A stretch of DNA of 11,280 bases, taken from the NCBI GenBank assembly GCA_043750125.1, contig JAYVCD010000253.1, forward strand, positions 1-11,280, given 5' to 3'. The position numbers were made by a program, and so were the translations under genes. The stretch is from Archangiaceae bacterium. GTDB taxonomy: Bacteria > Myxococcota > Myxococcia > Myxococcales > Myxococcaceae. The notes under the pieces were generated by a model. That model was given only the letters and a program-made list of their open reading frames with translations. It was not told the DNA's origin and searched no databases. This document shows positions 6,850 to 11,280 of this stretch, piece by piece. Position 1 is the first letter of the stretch; every line of letters begins with the position of its first letter.

Positions 6850-7863
6850 ATGACGAGCCTTCAGATGCTGCTGACAGAGGGGATCATCGACGAGGTCCTC
6901 GGCCAGCTGAAGAGCGGCAAAGAGGCCGATGTCTGGCTCGTCCGTCGTTCGGAAGAGATCCTCGCCGCGAAGATCTACAAAGAGCGCGAGCACCGCAGCT
7001 TCAAGAACAACGCCGAATACAAAGAAGGCCGCCAGGTCCGCAACACCCGCACCCGGCGGGCGATGGAAAAGGGCAGCAAGTTCGGTCGCGAGTCGGACGA
7101 GGCCGAATGGAAGGCCGCCGAGGCCGACGCGCTCTTCAAGCTCCACGCCACGGGGGCACGGGTCCCCCGCCCGGTGATGTTCTACGAAGGCGTGCTGTTG
7201 ATGGACGTGGTGGTGGACCCCGAAGGTCACGCCGCTCCGCGACTGGTCGATGCGGTGATCCCCCGCGAGAAGGGCATGGCGATGTACGAGGATCTGCGCT
7301 GCCAGGCGGTGAAGCTGTTGTGCGCAGATCTGATCCACGGAGATTTGTCGGAATTCAACGTGCTGCTCGCCTGGGACGGCCCGACGATCATCGACTTCCC
7401 CCAGGTCATCTCGGCGGCGCAGAACAGCCGGGCCGAGCACTTCTTCAAGCGCGATGTCGACAACCTGCGGCGGTTCTTCGCCACCATCGACCCCGCGGTC
7501 GGGCTGCGGGAATCCGACGCGGACGAGATCTGGCGGGCCTACGTGCGGCGCGATCTGACGGCCGAGTTCATTCCCACGGGGCGGGTGGTGCGAAAGCCTC
7601 CGCAGCAGCAGCAGCAGCAACGGCAGCAGCCCCAGGGCCGCAATCGCCCGCAACGCAATGGACCGCAGCAAGGCGGACCTCGCCCGGCCGGAGCCGAGGT
7701 CAGCTACCGCGGCCAGAACAACGCGGGCGCTCAACCGGCCAAAGCGCAACCAGCGGTTCCGCAAAACCAGCGCCCCAGCAAGCCGGTTCTCGCTGGAGCG
7801 CCCGGCGCCCAGCCCGCGGGCGAATCGTCAGGACGCAGGCGAAGGCGCAGACGCAGAAATTGA
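6850..7863 (+). CDS. RIO1-family atypical protein kinase with low-complexity C-terminal tail
   Basis: From ATG 6850 within ORF 6064..7863: LKSGKEADV (P-loop), AAKIYK, HGDLSEFNVLL (catalytic loop), IIDFPQ (metal-binding loop), RDVDNL. About the last 90 aa are Q/P/G/R-rich and end RRRRRRRN. Confidence 0.92.
   Translation: MTSLQMLLTEGIIDEVLGQLKSGKEADVWLVRRSEEILAAKIYKEREHRSFKNNAEYKEGRQVRNTRTRRAMEKGSKFGRESDEAEWKAAEADALFKLHATGARVPRPVMFYEGVLLMDVVVDPEGHAAPRLVDAVIPREKGMAMYEDLRCQAVKLLCADLIHGDLSEFNVLLAWDGPTIIDFPQVISAAQNSRAEHFFKRDVDNLRRFFATIDPAVGLRESDADEIWRAYVRRDLTAEFIPTGRVVRKPPQQQQQQRQQPQGRNRPQRNGPQQGGPRPAGAEVSYRGQNNAGAQPAKAQPAVPQNQRPSKPVLAGAPGAQPAGESSGRRRRRRRRN
7603..7620 (+). repeat. (CAG)5CAA trinucleotide repeat encoding poly-Gln in the RIO kinase tail
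   Basis: cagcagcagcagcagcaa read directly, followed by cggcagcagccccag. Confidence 0.85.
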
Positions 7864-7924
7864 AGGCCCCCATCGCTGGCACGAAACTCGAACGTGGCCC
7901 CGGCGATGAACCCTGCCCTGTTGG

Positions 7925-8308
7925 TTGGAGCGGCGACCCCGGTGCAGCACGGTGCTGCGCGGAGTGGTGACCTCGCTCAAGCAGACGGGCCTGAAGCTGG
8001 GAGAAGACTTCGACGTGGTCACCTTCAGCATCGACCCGACAGAAACGTCGGCGCAGGCGGCCGCCAAGCGCACTGAGCTCATCACCGAGCTGGGGTATTC
8101 GCCTTCTGCGCCGGGGTGGGATTTTCTGACGGGTGACGCGGCGAACATCAAGGCGTTGTCTGCGCAGCTGGGGTTTCGCTACCAGTACGACGCGCAGATC
8201 AAACAGTACGTCCACGCAGCGGCGTTCACGCTGATTACTCCAGAGGGCAACATCTCTGGCTATGTGTATGGCGTTCGCTTCCCTTGGCCCATGCTGTACC
8301 TCGCCTGA
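7925..8308 (+). pseudogene. Truncated SCO1/SenC-family (cytochrome c oxidase assembly) gene fragment
   Basis: CSTVLRG...LGEDFDVVTFSIDPTET...GWDFLTGDAANIKALSAQLGFRY...QYVHAA...TPEGNISGYVYG matches the SCO thioredoxin fold, including the conserved His. Only the second Cys of CxxxC is present (RRPRC), and there is no in-frame N-terminal domain or signal. Confidence 0.75.
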
Positions 8309-8331
8309 TTGTCTTTGCTGCGGAGCTCGAG

Positions 8332-8666
8332 ATGAGAGCCATTGAAAACACCATCGGCCGCCCGATCACGCTGCTGGGGGTCGGGCTCGCGTTGTTGGTG
8401 CTCACCACCGCCTCTTTTGGAATTGCCCATTTGCCCCTGGGATCTGCGGCGCTGCCGATGGCGTTGAGCATCGCGGTGGTCAAGTCGCTGCTGATTGCGT
8501 CGTTCTTCATGCATCTGCTCGAGCAGCGGGGGAGCAACGCGCTGGTCTTTGGCACCGCGGTGTTTTTTTTCTGATCTGGATGCTGGGAGTGATCCTGCTC
8601 GAGACCGCGACGCGCTTCGAGCCCACTGTCCCACCGGGGCCTTTCGGCACGACCGATCAGCAATGA
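8332..8666 (+). pseudogene. Cytochrome c oxidase subunit IV family (caa3-type CtaF/CoxD-like) gene, frameshifted at a T8 run
   Basis: GGAG (8322-8325) then ATG 8332. Hydrophobic helices include the signature IAVVKSLLIASFFMHL. The frame stops at 8574 straight after T8 (8563-8570), while the shifted frame continues LIWMLGVILLETATRFEPTVPPGPFGTTDQQ* to 8666 and completes the third TM helix. Confidence 0.78.
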
Positions 8667-8762
8667 GCCCGACGCGGCGTTGAGTGAATTGTGCGAATCC
8701 GTGTTCAGGTGCCGCGCGAGGAAGTAGGGTCCGTGGCCGCGCCCTGATTTCGCGAGGTCCCC

Positions 8763-10220
8763 ATGTCAGAGACTGCCTCACCTTCGGCTCCTCCCGCTCC
8801 GATCCGAAAACCGCGGGTGTTGATCATCGATGACGAGGAAGCACTGCTTCGGACGATGAGCGCCTTGCTGACCCGCGCCGGTTTCGAAGTCCAGACGTCG
8901 GCCGATGCACTCGAAGGCCTGGCCGCCGCAAAAGAGCCCGATGTGGACGTGGCGCTGGTGGACATCAACCTCCCCAACGTCTCGGGAATGGAAGTGCTGC
9001 GCGAGCTGAAGACGCGCAAGCATCCCCTCGAGGTCATCATCATGACCGGCGCGGCGACGATTCCCTCGGCGCTCGAAGCGGTGCGGCTGGGGGCGTATGA
9101 CTATTTGACCAAGCCCTTCCTCGAGATGGACACGGTCGTTTCGAGCGTGCGCAGGGCGGCCGATCGTCGGCAGCTGATTGCGCGCAACCGCGAGCTCGAG
9201 CAACTGGTCAGCACCCAGCCCAGCCAGGACTTCATCGGCCAGAGCGCAAAGATGCGCGAGGTCTTCGGGTTGATCGAGCAGGTCAGCTATTCGTCGTCGA
9301 CGGTGTTGATTCAGGGTGAGAGCGGCACCGGGAAGGAACTGGTCGCGCGGTCGATTCACCGCCGAAGCCAGCGAAGCTCAAAGCCGTTTGTGGCGATCAA
9401 CTGCGCGGCGATGACCGAGACGTTGCTCGAAAGCGAGCTGTTCGGCCACGTGAAGGGGGCCTTCACCGGGGCGGCGGGCAACAAGAAGGGGCTGATTGAG
9501 GCGGCCAACGCCGGCACCCTGTTCCTCGATGAGATTGGAGACATGCCGCAGGTCACCCAGGTGAAGCTGCTGCGGGTCCTGCAGGAAGGAGAAGTGCGGC
9601 CGGTGGGCTCGAACGAGACGTTGAAGGTGGACGTACGGGTGATCGCCGCCACCAACATCGATCTGGCCCGGGCGATGGCCGACGGTCGGTTCCGCGAGGA
9701 CCTCTTCTACCGACTGAACGTGATCAACGTCGTGCTGCCTGCGCTGCGAGAACGCCCGACCGACGTCCCGCTGCTCGCGCAATATTTCCTGCGCCAGTAC
9801 GGCCGGAAGTTGAGCAAGCAGATCGACCGGATTTCTGACGATGCCCTCGAGGCGCTGGTGAGCAACCGCTGGCCAGGCAACGTGCGCGAGCTCGAGAATG
9901 TGATCGAACGCGCGACGGTGCTGTGCCGCGGGAAGGAGATCACCCTCACCGATTTGCCGTCGGGCTTTTCCGGAAACAGCCACGGGTCCGAGGGCGATCT
10001 GACCAGCCTGCTGCATTTGAACTATGCGACGGCGAAGAAGCTCGCGATCTCAGCCTTCGACAAGAACTACCTGCGCGGGTTGATGCGCAACGCGGAAGGA
10101 AACATCACCATCGCGGCCACCAGGGCCGGGCTCGACCGCTCTAACTTTCGCCGACTGCTCAAGCAAAACAATCTCGCGACCAGTCGGCCCGGAGTGCCGG
10201 AAGAGCACGGCGACGCCTGA
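8763..10220 (+). CDS. NtrC-family sigma54-dependent response regulator (REC-AAA+-HTH)
   Basis: REC domain (IIDDE, LVDINLP phosphoacceptor Asp, MTG, KPF), Walker A GESGTGKEL, ESELFGH, GAFTGA, Walker B LFLDEIG, FREDLFYRL, WPGNVREL, and Fis-type HTH GNITIAATRAGLDRSNFRRLLK. GAGGT SD upstream. Confidence 0.97.
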   Translation: MSETASPSAPPAPIRKPRVLIIDDEEALLRTMSALLTRAGFEVQTSADALEGLAAAKEPDVDVALVDINLPNVSGMEVLRELKTRKHPLEVIIMTGAATIPSALEAVRLGAYDYLTKPFLEMDTVVSSVRRAADRRQLIARNRELEQLVSTQPSQDFIGQSAKMREVFGLIEQVSYSSSTVLIQGESGTGKELVARSIHRRSQRSSKPFVAINCAAMTETLLESELFGHVKGAFTGAAGNKKGLIEAANAGTLFLDEIGDMPQVTQVKLLRVLQEGEVRPVGSNETLKVDVRVIAATNIDLARAMADGRFREDLFYRLNVINVVLPALRERPTDVPLLAQYFLRQYGRKLSKQIDRISDDALEALVSNRWPGNVRELENVIERATVLCRGKEITLTDLPSGFSGNSHGSEGDLTSLLHLNYATAKKLAISAFDKNYLRGLMRNAEGNITIAATRAGLDRSNFRRLLKQNNLATSRPGVPEEHGDA

Positions 10221-10232
10221 GCAGGGTGGGTT

Positions 10233-10248
10233 CGGCACACCGACTGCG
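10233..10248 (+). promoter_or_regulatory. Candidate sigma54 (-24/-12) promoter
   Basis: cGGCACaccgacTGCg has GG (10234-35) and GC (10246-47) separated by exactly 10 nt, resembling TGGCAC-N5-TTGC, just upstream of ATG 10261. Confidence 0.45.
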
Positions 10249-10260
10249 GCTTGAGTCGCA

Positions 10261-10371
10261 ATGGCTGCCGCGACCCGAAACCAACACTACGAACAAGACG
10301 ACACTCCCACCGAGAAGAAGCTGGACCAGCTGTACTCACTCATCGACGGCATCGACACCGCGATGATGACC
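10261..10371 (+). pseudogene. 5' fragment of a general stress protein 26 / pyridoxamine 5'-phosphate oxidase-like gene
   Basis: MAAATRNQHYEQDDTPTEKKLDQLYSLIDGIDTAMMT resembles the family N-terminus (KL..LI..I..AMMTT). The expected continuation (G.L.SRPM) is absent, and the frame runs on into unrelated sequence overlapping pgsA. Confidence 0.65.
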
Positions 10372-10433
10372 GCTGAGCCAGGGCGAAGGGCAGGCCAAAT
10401 AGGCGTTGGTCTCTTACGAGACACCCGTTGCAG

Positions 10434-11150
10434 ATGGGGCTACAAACTCAAGCCCAAGTGGAGCGCGCGACGAAGCGGCGGTTGAAGCAAGAGGCGAAGC
10501 TGCGCAAGAAGGACGAGCGCGCGCATCGCAAGGCGAATCGGCGGCAGTCGGTGCTGCTCGAGCAGTTCTGGAACTTGCCCAACATGCTCACCCTGGGGCG
10601 CATCGCGGTGATCCCGCTGTTCGTCTGGTTCACCTACGACGCGGACCCGTTTTATTCGCTGCTCGCGGCGGCGCTGTTCACGGTGGCGTCCATCACCGAC
10701 GTGATTGACGGGTTCCTGGCTCGGCGGTGGAACATGATCACGGTGGTCGGCAAGCTGATGGATCCATTGGCCGACAAGCTGATGGTCATGGCGGCGCTGG
10801 TGATGATGACCCGGCTGGGCCGCGTTCCGGCCTGGGTGGTGATCGTGCTGCTGGGACGCGAGCTGATCGTCTCAGGGCTACGGCAGATCGCCGCCAGCGA
10901 GGGAATGGTGATTTCGGCCGGCCAGGAGGGGAAGTGGAAGACCTCGCTGCAATTGGTCGGGATCGTGTCCCTCTGCATCCACTACGTCCACCACATGAAC
11001 TTCCTCGTTTACGAGGCGGACGTAGACTTCAACCTGGTCGGAAAAGTGCTCGTCTACCTCTCGACCGGGTTCTCGGCCTGGAGCGCCGCCGTCTACTTCC
11101 GGGCCTTCCTCGCGATGCTCGCCAAGGGCGGGTCGACGCAAGGTGCTTGA
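10434..11150 (+). CDS. pgsA: CDP-diacylglycerol--glycerol-3-phosphate 3-phosphatidyltransferase
   Basis: NLPNMLTLGRI N-terminal motif, CDP-alcohol phosphotransferase signature DVIDGFLARRWNMITVVGKLMDPLADK, RELIVSGLR and GKWKT, followed by tRNA-Gly. Start uncertain (ATG 10434 or TTG 10428). Confidence 0.95.
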   Translation: MGLQTQAQVERATKRRLKQEAKLRKKDERAHRKANRRQSVLLEQFWNLPNMLTLGRIAVIPLFVWFTYDADPFYSLLAAALFTVASITDVIDGFLARRWNMITVVGKLMDPLADKLMVMAALVMMTRLGRVPAWVVIVLLGRELIVSGLRQIAASEGMVISAGQEGKWKTSLQLVGIVSLCIHYVHHMNFLVYEADVDFNLVGKVLVYLSTGFSAWSAAVYFRAFLAMLAKGGSTQGA

Positions 11151-11175
11151 CGCTCCCGCAGGGAGTCGGTAATCA
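11147..11175 (+). promoter_or_regulatory. Candidate sigma70-type promoter for the tRNA
   Basis: TTGACG (11147-11152, overlapping the pgsA stop), a 17-nt spacer, then TAATCA (11170-11175), about 30 nt before the tRNA. The -10 match is imperfect. Confidence 0.5.
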
Positions 11176-11207
11176 CGCCGTGCTTCATGCTGGGTCGTTG
11201 CAGATAA

Positions 11208-11280
11208 GCGGGAATAGCTCAGTGGTAGAGCATCGCCTTGCCAAGGCGGGGGTCGAGGGTTCAAATCCCTTTTCCCGCTC
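11208..11280 (+). tRNA. tRNA-Gly (anticodon GCC); CCA end cut by the window edge
   Basis: Acceptor stem GCGGGAA/TTCCCGC with discriminator T, D arm TAGCTCAGTGGTAGAGC, anticodon arm TCGCC-TTGCCAA-GGCGG, and T arm GAGGG-TTCAAAT-CCCTT. Confidence 0.97.

Noticed and set aside
6064..7764. Mutually overlapping long ORFs 6064..7863 (+) and 6220..7764 (-), suggesting fusion proteins or bidirectional coding
   Set aside because: The two frames are in codon register on opposite strands, the usual stop-poor shadow frame of high-GC genes. Recognisable motifs are limited to YaeQ (6220-6768) and RIO (6850-7863).
8778..10016. Minus-strand ORFs inside the NtrC-family gene
   Set aside because: Antisense shadows of a clearly conserved gene.
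10409..10422. Small inverted repeat GTCTC-TTAC-GAGAC upstream of pgsA
   Set aside because: Only a 5-bp stem with no U-tract, too weak to call a terminator or operator.
1..11280. CRISPR array, transposase, integrase or defence system
   Set aside because: No regularly spaced repeats, terminal inverted repeats or recognisable recombinase or defence-gene motifs were seen by eye.

Overview
GC-rich bacterial chromosomal segment whose gene content points to a myxobacterium (inference). Left to right it holds: (1) a translationally coupled minus-strand operon of a membrane Hanks-type Ser/Thr kinase, an exported hypothetical protein and a Cys-rich, PQQ-type beta-propeller lipoprotein that runs off the left edge and is missing from the ORF track; (2) two divergent helical lipoproteins; (3) yaeQ coupled to an M50 site-2 protease with TPR repeats, divergent from a RIO1-family kinase with a Q/P/R-rich tail; (4) a decayed cytochrome c oxidase remnant (truncated SCO fragment plus a subunit IV-like gene frameshifted at a T8 run); (5) an intact NtrC-family sigma54 activator; (6) a 5' fragment of a general-stress/pyridoxamine oxidase-like gene; (7) pgsA followed by tRNA-Gly(GCC). 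No mobile element, CRISPR array or defence system is evident. The best candidates for something undescribed are the kinase/exported protein/propeller lipoprotein operon, the yaeQ-S2P/RIO cluster and a recurring sigma54-like element just upstream of start codons that lack an SD. All three are inferences.
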